32,000 nucleotides of DNA, taken from Candidatus Altimarinota bacterium. Its GTDB lineage: Bacteria; Patescibacteriota; Gracilibacteria; UBA1369. The notes beneath the pieces are model-generated. The model was not told the origin of the DNA, searched no databases, and saw only the letters and a program-made list of their open reading frames with translations. The stretch covers positions 120,001 through 152,000 of the forward strand of contig JBAZYK010000002.1 of assembly GCA_041659405.1 (NCBI GenBank). Reading direction: 5' to 3'. The translations under genes were made by a program, and so were the position numbers. Of this stretch, positions 1 through 9,576 are shown piece by piece. Positions within the stretch are counted from its first letter, which is position 1; each line of letters begins with the position of its first letter.

Positions 1-1
1 T

Positions 2-598
2 TCAGTTTCGAGTAAAATGATCAACAATGTAGCCTACATTAAAATACAACAGTTTTTAAATTTAACTCCTCAGGAATTTACAAATGCCACGACTGCACTC
101 CTGAAAAACTCTCCAAAAGGGTTTATCATAGACCTTAGAGGAAATCCGGGCGGATATCTTGATGCCGCAATTGACATTGCAGGACACTTCATCGGCCAAG
201 GGAAAGTGGTTAGTTTTACCAAAACGGCCCAAGGAACCAAAACTCCGTTTAATTCTTCAGGCAAAGCTGAACTTGGACAATATCCAATCGTTGTTTTAAT
301 GAACCAAGGGACAGCCTCCGCTGCCGAAATTTTAGCAGGCGCACTCCAAGATGATAAAATAGCAACTCTTGTTGGAACCAAAAGCTACGGCAAAGGAAGC
401 GTTCAGGAAATTTTTAGCTATAATGACAATTCCACTTTAAAAATAAGTATCGCTCACTGGTTAACACCATTAGAAAGAGACATCCACGGAATTGGTCTTA
501 TACCCGACATTGCAGTTAATGATATAACTCAAACCGCTGCACAACAAAATCAAGATCCGCAATTGGATCGTGCCGTCGCTGAAATTCAAAATCGCTAG
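2..598 (+). CDS. S41 family C-terminal processing peptidase (CtpA-like), 5' end outside the window
   Basis: Frame is open from base 2. The protein contains DLRGNPGGYLDAAIDIAG, a nucleophile region GTASAAEILAGALQD and SYGKGSVQ, typical of S41/tail-specific proteases. Confidence 0.9.
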   Translation, partial: SVSSKMINNVAYIKIQQFLNLTPQEFTNATTALLKNSPKGFIIDLRGNPGGYLDAAIDIAGHFIGQGKVVSFTKTAQGTKTPFNSSGKAELGQYPIVVLMNQGTASAAEILAGALQDDKIATLVGTKSYGKGSVQEIFSYNDNSTLKISIAHWLTPLERDIHGIGLIPDIAVNDITQTAAQQNQDPQLDRAVAEIQNR

Positions 599-604
599 GC
601 TGGA

Positions 605-2752
605 TTAGACTCCCGTGTTTTGCTGTTTCAAAATTTCTTCCGGATTTGTAGTGACGATTTTGTCCTCGGTATAAGAGGCAATAATCTGGATAGCCACATG
701 GCGTAAACCGGCAAAGAAAAGCCCTTGCCCGACACCACTATTTAGCAACATATATTTTTCTCCTTCGGTAAGATTGAAAACTTTAGCCAAGACTTCAATT
801 GCAGAAGGAGCCTGTTTCAACAAAAGTTGCAAAGATGAGTTCGTAATAACCGGCTTACCATAAGGACTCTTCACAAAGTCTTCCACATCCTGGGTAATCG
901 TTGTAATTCCAAGATAATATTTACGGGCACGTTTTACCAAACCATACAAGAATTTTCCGGAATCTTCATACTGCATTAAGGTCCAGGCCTCATCAATAAC
1001 CAGCAAACGCTTTTTCAGTTCACTGCGAACACGATTCCAAATAAAATTCAAAATAATATACATCGCGATCGGCCTTAAACTGTCTTCCAAATCACGAATA
1101 CTAAAGACCATCAAACCACTGTTCATATCAATGTTTGTCGGCTTATTAAAAATACCCGCATAAGTTCCCTGAGTAAATTTTTGCAAACGTTGAGCCAAAC
1201 TTTGGCCGCCCTCCATCGTATTCAAAATATCATAAAGATCTTCCATGGTTGGAGGAACCAATGTTGATGGATCCAAGATATCCATCGTAATCCCTTTCAC
1301 CGCATAAACATCATTTAAAGCTTTATCCAAAATACCTTCCTCTGAAGGAGTTACGCCACCAAGCATAATCTTTAAAAGACCATGCAGATTAATAATATTG
1401 GAACGCAACAAATCACCGGGCTGCAATTCTTCATCTCTAAGCGCAGCCGGCAAATCAAAAGGATTAATACGACGATCAGAAGTCAAAGAAACGCGTAAAT
1501 AAGAACCACCAACTGTCTGGGCCAAAGCTTCATATTCATTTTCCGGGTCGATAATAATAACATCGGTACCAACCATCAATGAACGCAAAACTTCCAATTT
1601 TACAGCATAAGATTTTCCCGCACCTGACTTGGCAAAAACCACCGAATTCGCGTTTTCCAAAGAGAATCGGTCAAAAATAATTAAACTGTCATTATGACGA
1701 TTTAGTCCATACAAAATTCCATCATTGGAAGTAAGATCCGCAGAACTAAAAGGAAAAGTCGAAGACAAAGGAGATGTATTCATATTGCGGGAAACCTCCA
1801 ATTCATCCAGACACATTGGCAAACAAGAATTAAAACCATGCTCGGTTTGAAGCTCGGCCTTTTTAGTTAAAATAAGTTTTCCTCCCAGCATACTTTCCAG
1901 CTGCTTGGAAACCTTCATCAGTTTTTTATCATCATCGGAATAAATCGTAAAATAAAGCGCAAACTGGAAAAACTTTTCCTGACCACGCTGAATTTGAGTT
2001 CGAAGTTCTTCCGCATCTTCCAACGCCGTTTCCAAAGCCGGATCACGCACGATGCCCTTTTCCTGGGCAATATGGATAGCTGAATTCATTTGAGCAACTT
2101 TCTTCTTGAGAATCGACATAATTGCCGCAGAATCTATTGGATAAATAAATTGGGCGACATCCATCGTCACATCAAAATTAACAATCGGAGAAAGCCAATT
2201 GGTATCCAAATAACGTGGATAAGCATAAACAAAAAAAGTCTGGGCATAAAAACCTTCAACGCGAATCAAATCGTAGCGAATCTCCATTGAAGATGGTGAA
2301 ATCAAATCACGAATTGTTGAAATTCCCTGTTGATAAATCTTTTCAGCTTCAAGCAGTTTTTGGCGTTCCTCTGCGGAAGCTTTATCCTGTTCTTTCTTGG
2401 ATAACTGCTTTTCGGCTTCAATTTGATTGGTTGGAGGCCGCATTTCAACAGGCAACCCGGCATTTTTGCTACTTTCTATGGTCGCCTGGCTTTTTTGAGC
2501 CGCGGTTTTGGCCTTACCAAAAGCAGGTTCGATCCAACCCTTTATAAAATCAGCGAACAAATCGTGCTTTTTAGCTACAACTTGCAGATTCACAGGTTGA
2601 GTTACTTCATTTTGCGCAGAAACTTCAGCAGCCTGAGCCGAAGAGGTTTCAACCTGAGCTGGGGCTTGAGCCTGTGCGCCATCAACCTGAGCCTGTGCAC
2701 CGTCAACTTGAGCTTGCGCGGGATCCAAAACTTGAGATTTTTCCTCTGCCAT
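605..2752 (-). CDS. VirB4/TraC-like type IV secretion or conjugation-type ATPase (HerA/FtsK superfamily)
   Basis: 715 aa with Walker A (VFAKSGAGKSYAVK), Walker B-like RLLVIDEAWTLMQY and the TTITQDVEDF motif. The start reads as reverse complement of 'cat' at 2750..2752 (ATGGCAGAGGAAAAATCTCAA) and the stop is TTA at 605..607 on the + strand. The ORF track strand is wrong. Confidence 0.88.
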   Translation of the reverse strand: MAEEKSQVLDPAQAQVDGAQAQVDGAQAQAPAQVETSSAQAAEVSAQNEVTQPVNLQVVAKKHDLFADFIKGWIEPAFGKAKTAAQKSQATIESSKNAGLPVEMRPPTNQIEAEKQLSKKEQDKASAEERQKLLEAEKIYQQGISTIRDLISPSSMEIRYDLIRVEGFYAQTFFVYAYPRYLDTNWLSPIVNFDVTMDVAQFIYPIDSAAIMSILKKKVAQMNSAIHIAQEKGIVRDPALETALEDAEELRTQIQRGQEKFFQFALYFTIYSDDDKKLMKVSKQLESMLGGKLILTKKAELQTEHGFNSCLPMCLDELEVSRNMNTSPLSSTFPFSSADLTSNDGILYGLNRHNDSLIIFDRFSLENANSVVFAKSGAGKSYAVKLEVLRSLMVGTDVIIIDPENEYEALAQTVGGSYLRVSLTSDRRINPFDLPAALRDEELQPGDLLRSNIINLHGLLKIMLGGVTPSEEGILDKALNDVYAVKGITMDILDPSTLVPPTMEDLYDILNTMEGGQSLAQRLQKFTQGTYAGIFNKPTNIDMNSGLMVFSIRDLEDSLRPIAMYIILNFIWNRVRSELKKRLLVIDEAWTLMQYEDSGKFLYGLVKRARKYYLGITTITQDVEDFVKSPYGKPVITNSSLQLLLKQAPSAIEVLAKVFNLTEGEKYMLLNSGVGQGLFFAGLRHVAIQIIASYTEDKIVTTNPEEILKQQNTGV
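2664..2722 (-). repeat. Short in-gene tandem repeat coding for GAQAQVD-type units
   Basis: About 21-nt units encode ...PAQAQVDGAQAQVDGAQAQAPAQ... near the N-terminus of the VirB4-like protein. Confidence 0.7.
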
Positions 2753-2780
2753 AGGTATTTAAAATACTAAATTTCTTATT

Positions 2781-2809
2781 AGTATACCAAAAAAAGCCGT
2801 TTTCTTCAA
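2781..2809 (-). promoter_or_regulatory. Candidate sigma70-type promoter for the VirB4-like gene
   Basis: On the minus strand: TTGAAG (2809..2804), 17-nt spacer, TATACT (2786..2781), about 30 nt upstream of the ATG. Confidence 0.55.
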
Positions 2810-2931
2810 CAGCAGAATGCCAAAAATCACCTTTAATACTGTATTTTTTTCAAAATTATGCTAAATTAACGCCGGTCAGGCCAAAAAGGCCCAAATAATA
2901 ACAAAAATCACATCATTTCATTTGAAGAATT

Positions 2932-5496
2932 ATGGCAGACAATAAACCAAACACACCTCAACCAGAAGACAAAAAAACGGAAAACGCCGGAGAAATGTTT
3001 TCTGATCACACCATGAGGAATATTTCCGAAGAAATGCAAACTTCGTATCTTGATTATGCCATGAGCGTAATCGTTTCCCGTGCCCTGCCTGATGTTAGAG
3101 ATGGCTTAAAACCGGTTCATCGCCGCATTTTATACGCCATGCACGACAAAGGTTTGCGCTTTTCCTCATCCTTCCGCAAATCAGCCTTTATAGTCGGTGA
3201 AGTTTTAGCTAATTACCATCCACATGGTGATGCCCCTGTTTACGAATCAATGGTGAGAATGGCTCAAGAATTTGCAATGCGTTATACGTTGGTAAGAGGA
3301 CAAGGAAATTTTGGCTCAATTGATGGAGATAGCGCAGCCGCAATGCGTTATACCGAAACTAAACTGGAAAAGATCACCGAAGAAATGCTTACAGACATTG
3401 ATAAAGAAACCGTTCCATGGGCTCCAAACTATGATGGTCGTGTTTTGGAACCAATCGTTCTTCCAACCAAAATTCCTCAACTTTTATTAAACGGATCACA
3501 GGGTATTGCCGTTGGTATGGCCACATCAATTCCTCCACATAATTTGGGAGAAATAATTGATGGAGTTATGCACCTGATCGACACCCCTGAAGCAAGTATT
3601 GAAGATTTAATGCAATTCATTAAAGGACCTGACTTTCCTACAGGTGCTATGATTTATGACGTAAACGCCATTAAAACAGCTTATTTAACAGGTCGCGGTG
3701 GTATTGTTATGCGTGCAAAAACTTCCATTGAAGAGCGCAAAAGCGGTCGTTTTGAAATCCTGATTCATGAAATTCCTTATCAGGTAAACAAAGCAAATTT
3801 AGTTACTAAAATTGCCGAACTCGTTCGTGACAAAAAAATTATTGGAATTACAGATGTTCGCGATGAATCCAACCGTGAAGGAATTCGTGTTGTAATTGAA
3901 CTTAAAAAGGACGCTTATCCAAAGAAAATCCTAAATCAGCTCTTCAAGATGACTCCAATGCAGTCAACTTTCAATCTAAATATGATTGCCCTAGTTGAAG
4001 GCTTGCAGCCACGTTTACTCGACTTAAAACAAATTCTTGAATATTTCATTCTGCATCGTCAGGAAGTCATTACCAATAGAACTAAATTTGAACTCCGCAT
4101 TGCCAAAGAAAGACTCCACATTTTGGAAGGTTATAAGATTGCCCTGGACAACATTGACGCAATTATTGAAACCATTCGTAAATCAGCAACCAAAGAAGAT
4201 GCCCACGTGGCCCTGATGAAAAAATTCAAACTCAGCGATCTTCAAACCAAAGCCATTCTGGAAATGAAACTTCAAACCCTGGCTGGAATGGAAAGACAAA
4301 AAATCGAAGATGAATACAAAGAGAAATTAGCTTTAATTGAAGAGCTTGAAGCGATTTTGGCAGACACAAAAAAAATCCGCAAAATCATCAAAAAAGAATT
4401 GGCGGAAATTAAAGAAAAATATGCCGATCCAAGAAAAACCGACATTCATCCACAGGCACTTGGACAAATTGGCTTAAAAGACACCATTCCAAATGAACCA
4501 ATGATCGTAATGTTGACCCGTGAAAACTATATTAAACGTATGCCACCTTCTACTTTCCGCGCTCAACATCGCGGTGGAAAAGGCATTATTGGTGCAACCA
4601 CCAAGGAAGAAGATGAAATCAGGATTATGCGTCCAGCAATGAATCACGACGAAGTTATGTTCTTTACCAACCTGGGTCGTGTATTCCGCTTGCCGGTATA
4701 TGAAATCCCACTGGCTTCCAGAATCGCAAAAGGACAAGCCATTGTGAATCTGCTCCAATTACAGGAAAAAGAATATGTTACAGCCATTTTACCAACCGGT
4801 GAACAGTTGGCTGGTGAATTCCTTTTTATGGCAACAACCAAAGGAACAGTCAAAAAGACGCTGGTTGCAGACTTCAAGAATGTTCGTAAGAGCGGTTTAA
4901 TTGCAATTAAGTTACGTGACGGCGACTACCTGGAATGGATCAAACAGATTAATAAAAATGACGAAATTATTATTGTCAGCAGAAACGGCAAATCCATCCG
5001 CTTTAAAGAAAGCGATGTAAGCTCAACAGGTCGCGCTTCTATGGGTGTCCGCGGAATGCGTCTAAAAGAAGGCGATGAAGTTATGGATATGGACGTTATT
5101 AAATCAACAAGCATTGAACACGCTGAACTGCTGGTTATTATGGAAAATGGTCTTGGTAAATGCACAAAAGTAGCAGATTACCGCATCCAAACTCGTGGAG
5201 GAACCGGTGTAAAAACCGCCAACATCACAGCTAAAACCGGTAAAATTGTTGGAGCAAAAATGATTGATGAAAATTCAAAAGGCGATTTGATCATTGTTTC
5301 CAAACAGGGCCAAATTATTCGCATGAATCTTAAGAGTATTCCTTCACAGGGCCGTGCGACACAAGGGGTTTACCTGATGCGCATGAATGGAAATGACAAA
5401 GTTGCTTCCACCAGTGTTATTGAAATTGACGAAACCGAAGAAGTAGCGGTCGTTGTAGACGAAAACCAACCGGAACTTATTGAAGAAAAAGTCTAA
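2932..5496 (+). CDS. gyrA: DNA gyrase subunit A
   Basis: 854 aa: [33 protein letters not shown], catalytic-Tyr region AAMRYTE, and a GyrA-box-like QHRGGKG in the C-terminal domain. Confidence 0.96.
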   Translation: MADNKPNTPQPEDKKTENAGEMFSDHTMRNISEEMQTSYLDYAMSVIVSRALPDVRDGLKPVHRRILYAMHDKGLRFSSSFRKSAFIVGEVLANYHPHGDAPVYESMVRMAQEFAMRYTLVRGQGNFGSIDGDSAAAMRYTETKLEKITEEMLTDIDKETVPWAPNYDGRVLEPIVLPTKIPQLLLNGSQGIAVGMATSIPPHNLGEIIDGVMHLIDTPEASIEDLMQFIKGPDFPTGAMIYDVNAIKTAYLTGRGGIVMRAKTSIEERKSGRFEILIHEIPYQVNKANLVTKIAELVRDKKIIGITDVRDESNREGIRVVIELKKDAYPKKILNQLFKMTPMQSTFNLNMIALVEGLQPRLLDLKQILEYFILHRQEVITNRTKFELRIAKERLHILEGYKIALDNIDAIIETIRKSATKEDAHVALMKKFKLSDLQTKAILEMKLQTLAGMERQKIEDEYKEKLALIEELEAILADTKKIRKIIKKELAEIKEKYADPRKTDIHPQALGQIGLKDTIPNEPMIVMLTRENYIKRMPPSTFRAQHRGGKGIIGATTKEEDEIRIMRPAMNHDEVMFFTNLGRVFRLPVYEIPLASRIAKGQAIVNLLQLQEKEYVTAILPTGEQLAGEFLFMATTKGTVKKTLVADFKNVRKSGLIAIKLRDGDYLEWIKQINKNDEIIIVSRNGKSIRFKESDVSSTGRASMGVRGMRLKEGDEVMDMDVIKSTSIEHAELLVIMENGLGKCTKVADYRIQTRGGTGVKTANITAKTGKIVGAKMIDENSKGDLIIVSKQGQIIRMNLKSIPSQGRATQGVYLMRMNGNDKVASTSVIEIDETEEVAVVVDENQPELIEEKV

Positions 5497-5503
5497 ACCG
5501 CAA

Positions 5504-5545
5504 AAAGCTGCGCCAGCTTTAAGACCTATTAACTTAGGAAATAGG
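5504..5545 (+). other. Two adjacent small inverted repeats between gyrA and rpmE
   Basis: AAAGCTG-CGC-CAGCTTT (5504..5520) and CCTATT-9 nt-AATAGG (5525..5545). No adjacent U-tract. Confidence 0.5.
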
Positions 5546-5624
5546 CTTGCGCCACCACAAAAATTAAAGTATTGTGCATGAGCTTTTTTCCAAAAAATTT
5601 ATCATTTAGTCTTAATTTTACACA

Positions 5625-5942
5625 ATGAAAGCTAAAATTCACCCTCAATACCACGAAAATCTTAAAATCGTTTGTGCATGCGGAAATATTGTTATCGCCG
5701 GCTCAACCAGAAAAGAACTCAAAACTGAACTTTGTTCAGGCTGTCATCCTTTTTACACCGGTAAGCAGAAATTGGTTGATACAGCAGGTCGTGTTGATAA
5801 ATTCTTAGAAAAGATCAAGAAAACACAGGCATTAAAAGAGAAAAAAGTTCAAATTGCCGAAGCTCAAAAAGAGGAAGCTATCAAAGACGCAAACGAACCA
5901 AAGAAAAAGGCTGTTAAAAAGTCCAAGAAAGCCAAGAAATAA
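5625..5942 (+). CDS. rpmE: 50S ribosomal protein L31 with Lys-rich C-terminal extension
   Basis: [11 protein letters not shown]..., zinc-ligand pattern CACG...[13 protein letters not shown], followed by a [12 protein letters not shown] tail. Confidence 0.92.
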   Translation: MKAKIHPQYHENLKIVCACGNIVIAGSTRKELKTELCSGCHPFYTGKQKLVDTAGRVDKFLEKIKKTQALKEKKVQIAEAQKEEAIKDANEPKKKAVKKSKKAKK

Positions 5943-5945
5943 GTC

Positions 5946-7109
5946 ATGTTCAAATTTACAGAAACTCACAAAGACCCGCATTGCCGGGCAAGAACCGGAA
6001 GTTTTGAAACTCCTCATGGAATCATTCAAACTCCGGTTTTTATGCCTTGCGGAACTTTGGCTACCGTAAAGACGTTAAGCCCCGATGAATTAAACAATCT
6101 TGGAGGGGACATCGGCGCCGAAATTATTCTTGCAAACACTTATCACCTTTATTTACGCCCGGGACACGAGTTAATAGCCAAAATGGGCGGACTTCATAAA
6201 TGGATGGCCTGGGACAAGCCGATTTTAACTGATTCAGGTGGTTATCAGGTTTTTTCACTTGGTCGTGGCAAAAAAGAGGGTAAAAGTTTAATTAAAATTA
6301 AGGAAGATGGAGTTGAATTCAGATCTCATCTGGATGGTTCCAAGCATTTTTTGACACCGGAAAAAGTTATGGAAATAGAAAATGCGCTTGGTGCGGACAT
6401 TATTATGGCTTTTGATGAATGTGCTCCAGCCGATTCCACCCAAAAATATGCCCGCGAAGCAATGGAACGAACGCATAAATGGGCACTACAATGCAAAGCA
6501 GCTCATCAAGAAATTCAAAAAAAGTCCAAAACTAAACAGGCTCTTTTTCCGATTATTCAAGGTGTGATTTATGATGATCTACGAATTGAATCAACCAAGT
6601 TCGCCACCGAACTGGATTTACCGGGCGTGGCCATTGGTGGCTTAAGCGTGGGCGAAGATCGACAGGTTATGTACCATATTTTAGAAACGATTTATCCTTA
6701 TTTTCCACAAAATAAACCACGTTACTTAATGGGCGTCGGCACTCCGCGTGACTTATTTGAAGGTGTTGAAAGAGGTGTTGATATGTTTGATTGCGTGCAC
6801 GTAACCCGCCTGTCCCGTCATGCCTGTTTTTATGATCTGGAGGGGCGGAAACACCTTAAAAATCAAAGTTATAAAGAAGATCCAACTCCCCTTTTAGAAA
6901 ACTGCACGTGCTACACCTGCTCCAAATTCAACAAAAGTTACATTCGCCATTTGATGATGGAAAACGAAATGCTTGGTGCCAGACTTCTTACTATTCATAA
7001 TCTGCACTTTTTGGTAAACTTGATGCACGAAATCAGAAAAGAAATCGCCAAAGGAACATTTCTGGAATATAAGGAAAACTTTTTCAGCAAATTCAAGTCC
7101 GATACCTAA
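5946..7109 (+). CDS. tgt: queuine tRNA-ribosyltransferase (tRNA-guanine transglycosylase)
   Basis: TPVFMPCGTLATVKTLSPDEL, LANTYHLYLRPG, LTDSGGYQVFSL, GGLSVGE, RYLMGVGTP, zinc ligands CTCYTC. Confidence 0.94.
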   Translation: MFKFTETHKDPHCRARTGSFETPHGIIQTPVFMPCGTLATVKTLSPDELNNLGGDIGAEIILANTYHLYLRPGHELIAKMGGLHKWMAWDKPILTDSGGYQVFSLGRGKKEGKSLIKIKEDGVEFRSHLDGSKHFLTPEKVMEIENALGADIIMAFDECAPADSTQKYAREAMERTHKWALQCKAAHQEIQKKSKTKQALFPIIQGVIYDDLRIESTKFATELDLPGVAIGGLSVGEDRQVMYHILETIYPYFPQNKPRYLMGVGTPRDLFEGVERGVDMFDCVHVTRLSRHACFYDLEGRKHLKNQSYKEDPTPLLENCTCYTCSKFNKSYIRHLMMENEMLGARLLTIHNLHFLVNLMHEIRKEIAKGTFLEYKENFFSKFKSDT

Positions 7110-7136
7110 AAATTTCAAAAAAATAAATCCCTCCAA

Positions 7137-7727
7137 ATGCAAGATTCCATCAATTACCAAGACCTCTGCAAATATATTTTCGAACTTGGAACTTTAAAAA
7201 AGTTTCAACATTGTGGTACCAAATTGGCCGGAGTTAGAGACCCAGATACGATTGCCGAACATGCCCATCGCGCAGCCATTATTGGTTATATTTTAGCCAA
7301 AAACGAGCATGCAAATCCTGAAAAAGTAATGTTGATTTGTTTGCTGCATGATAACGCCGAAGCCAGAATTACCGATTTGCATAAAGTTGCACGCAGATAT
7401 ATTGATACCGAAAAAGCCGAAATGAAAGCTTTTCATGAACAAACGGAAAGATTACCCAAAAAAATGAAAAAAAGTTTTGATTCTCTGTTTGAAGAATATG
7501 AAGAAAAAGCAAGTCCGGAAGCCATTTTAGCGCGTGATGCCGACATGCTGGAAACCGCTTTTCAGAGCAAAGAATATCTTGATCTGGGATACAAAGCCTG
7601 TCAGGATTGGATCAACAATGTTGAAAAATGTCTAAAATCAAAAACCGCAAAAAAGCTCTTAAAAGAGATGAAAAAAGGTCAGTTCACAGATTGGTGGCGT
7701 GGACTCAAAAAAGTCGAAGGATATTAA
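7137..7727 (+). CDS. HD-domain phosphohydrolase (YfbR/HD_3-like)
   Basis: EHAHRAAIIGYILA...VMLICLLHDNAEARITDLHKVARRYI: HD metal-binding pattern (H...HD...D). Confidence 0.75.
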   Translation: MQDSINYQDLCKYIFELGTLKKFQHCGTKLAGVRDPDTIAEHAHRAAIIGYILAKNEHANPEKVMLICLLHDNAEARITDLHKVARRYIDTEKAEMKAFHEQTERLPKKMKKSFDSLFEEYEEKASPEAILARDADMLETAFQSKEYLDLGYKACQDWINNVEKCLKSKTAKKLLKEMKKGQFTDWWRGLKKVEGY

Positions 7728-7737
7728 ACACACTCTC

Positions 7738-8307
7738 ATGATTGCTTATCTTCAAGGAACCATTCTGAAAAAAATCCCCAAAGCCGTAATCGTTGATACC
7801 GGAAATGTCGGTTATTTGGTTTATATAAGCACTCCGCTACAAGAAAAAATCAAAGAAAAAGATCAGGTTGAGTTTTTTATTTACACCAAAGTTCGTGAAG
7901 ACGACATCAGTCTTTTTGGCTTTGAAACATTCAATGAACTCGAGTTTTACAAAATTTTATTAAGTGTGAACGGTATCGGCCCAAAACTTGCCATGGAAAT
8001 TCTTTCCCAAAATACTGACAAGGTTAAGTCCGCAATCATCAGCGGAGATTTGGCTTATTTAAGTAAGATTCCGGGCATTGGCAAAAAGACGGCAGAACGC
8101 ATTGTTGTGGAATTAAAAAACAAAGTTGAACTTGCCGACATTTCCAGATTACACGCAAAAATCGAGCATACGGTTGAAGATGAAGTTATTGATGCTCTCC
8201 AAAATCTTGGCTATCAAAAATTTGAAGTTATGCGAGTGCTGAAAAACGCTCCAGCGGAATTAACAGAAGCTGAAGCCATTATTACCTTCTTTCTTCAAAA
8301 CGTTTAA
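7738..8307 (+). CDS. ruvA: Holliday junction branch migration protein RuvA
   Basis: MIAYLQGTILKK start, helix-hairpin-helix motifs LLSVNGIGPKLAMEIL and LSKIPGIGKKTAERIVVELK. The track start at 7699 is probably too far upstream. Confidence 0.93.
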   Translation: MIAYLQGTILKKIPKAVIVDTGNVGYLVYISTPLQEKIKEKDQVEFFIYTKVREDDISLFGFETFNELEFYKILLSVNGIGPKLAMEILSQNTDKVKSAIISGDLAYLSKIPGIGKKTAERIVVELKNKVELADISRLHAKIEHTVEDEVIDALQNLGYQKFEVMRVLKNAPAELTEAEAIITFFLQNV

Positions 8308-8325
8308 ATCCTATTTTTAAAACAT

Positions 8326-9576
8326 ATGCTAACCGTTGATTTTAAAAACGCTTTATCGGAAAAACTTAAAGGCGAGGGATTAAGTAAAAAAGAGTTTCAG
8401 GAACTGCAAAGAAAATATCAATCAATAAAAAGCGTTCTCACTCAAAAAAAACAACTTGGTTTTATTGATCTTCCATATCAAAAAAGCACCCATTTGGAAT
8501 TATTGGAAGCTGAAGCAAAAAAAATCCGCAAGAATTTTCAGAATGTTTTTATAATCGGAATTGGCGGATCGTCACTTGGTTCAATTGCCTTAATGAAGAG
8601 CTTAAAGCCATTTCAAACAGAGCAACCACACCTTTTCTTTTTGGATAACCCGGAGGCCGGATACATTGATTTTCTCATCAAAAATGTAGATTTATCAAAA
8701 ACTCTTTTAATTGTAATCAGCAAATCCGGCGGCACGATTGAATCACTTTCGATTTTCTCGGTTTTGTATGCGCAAATGCTCAAAAAAATGGGTTCCAAAG
8801 CCAAAAAAAATGTTGTTACAATTACCGAAAACAATAATGGACCACTCGCAAAAATCACACGGAAAGAAGGATTTACCACCTTTGAAGTTCCGTTAAATGT
8901 TGGTGGAAGATTTTCAGTTTTTACAAATGTCGGACTTCTTCCAGCAGCTATTGCCGGCATTAACATTCAAAAATTGCTTAAAGGCGCACGAAATACCGAT
9001 CTGGAAATGGCTTATAAGTTGAGTCTTTTACAATATTCTTTATATAAAGAAAAAGGCAAAACCATGACTGTTTTCTTTCCATACGGACGAATTTTGGCTG
9101 ATCTTGGCGATTGGTACGTTCAACTTTTGGCCGAAAGTATCGGAAAAAATGCCAAAGTTGGCCCAACCCCACTTAAAGCCGTTGGAGCAATGGATCAGCA
9201 TGCCCAACTGCAACTTTTTATGGAAGGACCAAATAATAAATTTCACATTTTTGTTGAATATTTAAAGACCAAACAAATTAGAATTCCCACATTATTTAAA
9301 AATGAAAAACCGTTTGAATATTTACAGGGCCATGACCTGCATGAAGTACTTTTAACCGAGCGCAAAGGAACCGCCGAAGCTTTAGCTTCAAAGAAACGCC
9401 CAAATATCACTTTCACCATGGAAAAAATTGATGAAGAAAATTTAGGAGAACTAATGTATTTACTGGAAATTGAAATCGCCTTTTTAGGAGAACTTTTTCA
9501 GATTAACGCCTTCGATCAGCCCGGAGTTGAAATTAGCAAAATACTCACAAAACAATATCTTTCCAAAAAGAATTAA
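8326..9576 (+). CDS. pgi: glucose-6-phosphate isomerase
   Basis: IGIGGSSLGS, VISKSGGTIESLSIF, VGGRFSVFTNVGLLPAA, QHAQLQLFMEGP. Confidence 0.92.
   Translation: MLTVDFKNALSEKLKGEGLSKKEFQELQRKYQSIKSVLTQKKQLGFIDLPYQKSTHLELLEAEAKKIRKNFQNVFIIGIGGSSLGSIALMKSLKPFQTEQPHLFFLDNPEAGYIDFLIKNVDLSKTLLIVISKSGGTIESLSIFSVLYAQMLKKMGSKAKKNVVTITENNNGPLAKITRKEGFTTFEVPLNVGGRFSVFTNVGLLPAAIAGINIQKLLKGARNTDLEMAYKLSLLQYSLYKEKGKTMTVFFPYGRILADLGDWYVQLLAESIGKNAKVGPTPLKAVGAMDQHAQLQLFMEGPNNKFHIFVEYLKTKQIRIPTLFKNEKPFEYLQGHDLHEVLLTERKGTAEALASKKRPNITFTMEKIDEENLGELMYLLEIEIAFLGELFQINAFDQPGVEISKILTKQYLSKKN

Noticed and set aside
2090-2770. Plus-strand ORFs 2090..2290, 2215..2547 and 2423..2770
   Set aside because: They lie opposite the real VirB4-like gene on the minus strand and show no family motifs.
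4474-5165. Minus-strand ORFs of 77-94 aa antisense to gyrA
   Set aside because: They have no recognisable domain and are explained as shadow ORFs of a strongly conserved coding frame. The same applies to most short ORFs opposite pgi, purQ, glmS, pyk, gpmI, secDF, priA and pyrG.
5854-6069. 71-aa ORF spanning the end of rpmE and the start of tgt
   Set aside because: Alternative frame of two well-supported genes; Lys-rich sequence is a by-product of the rpmE tail.
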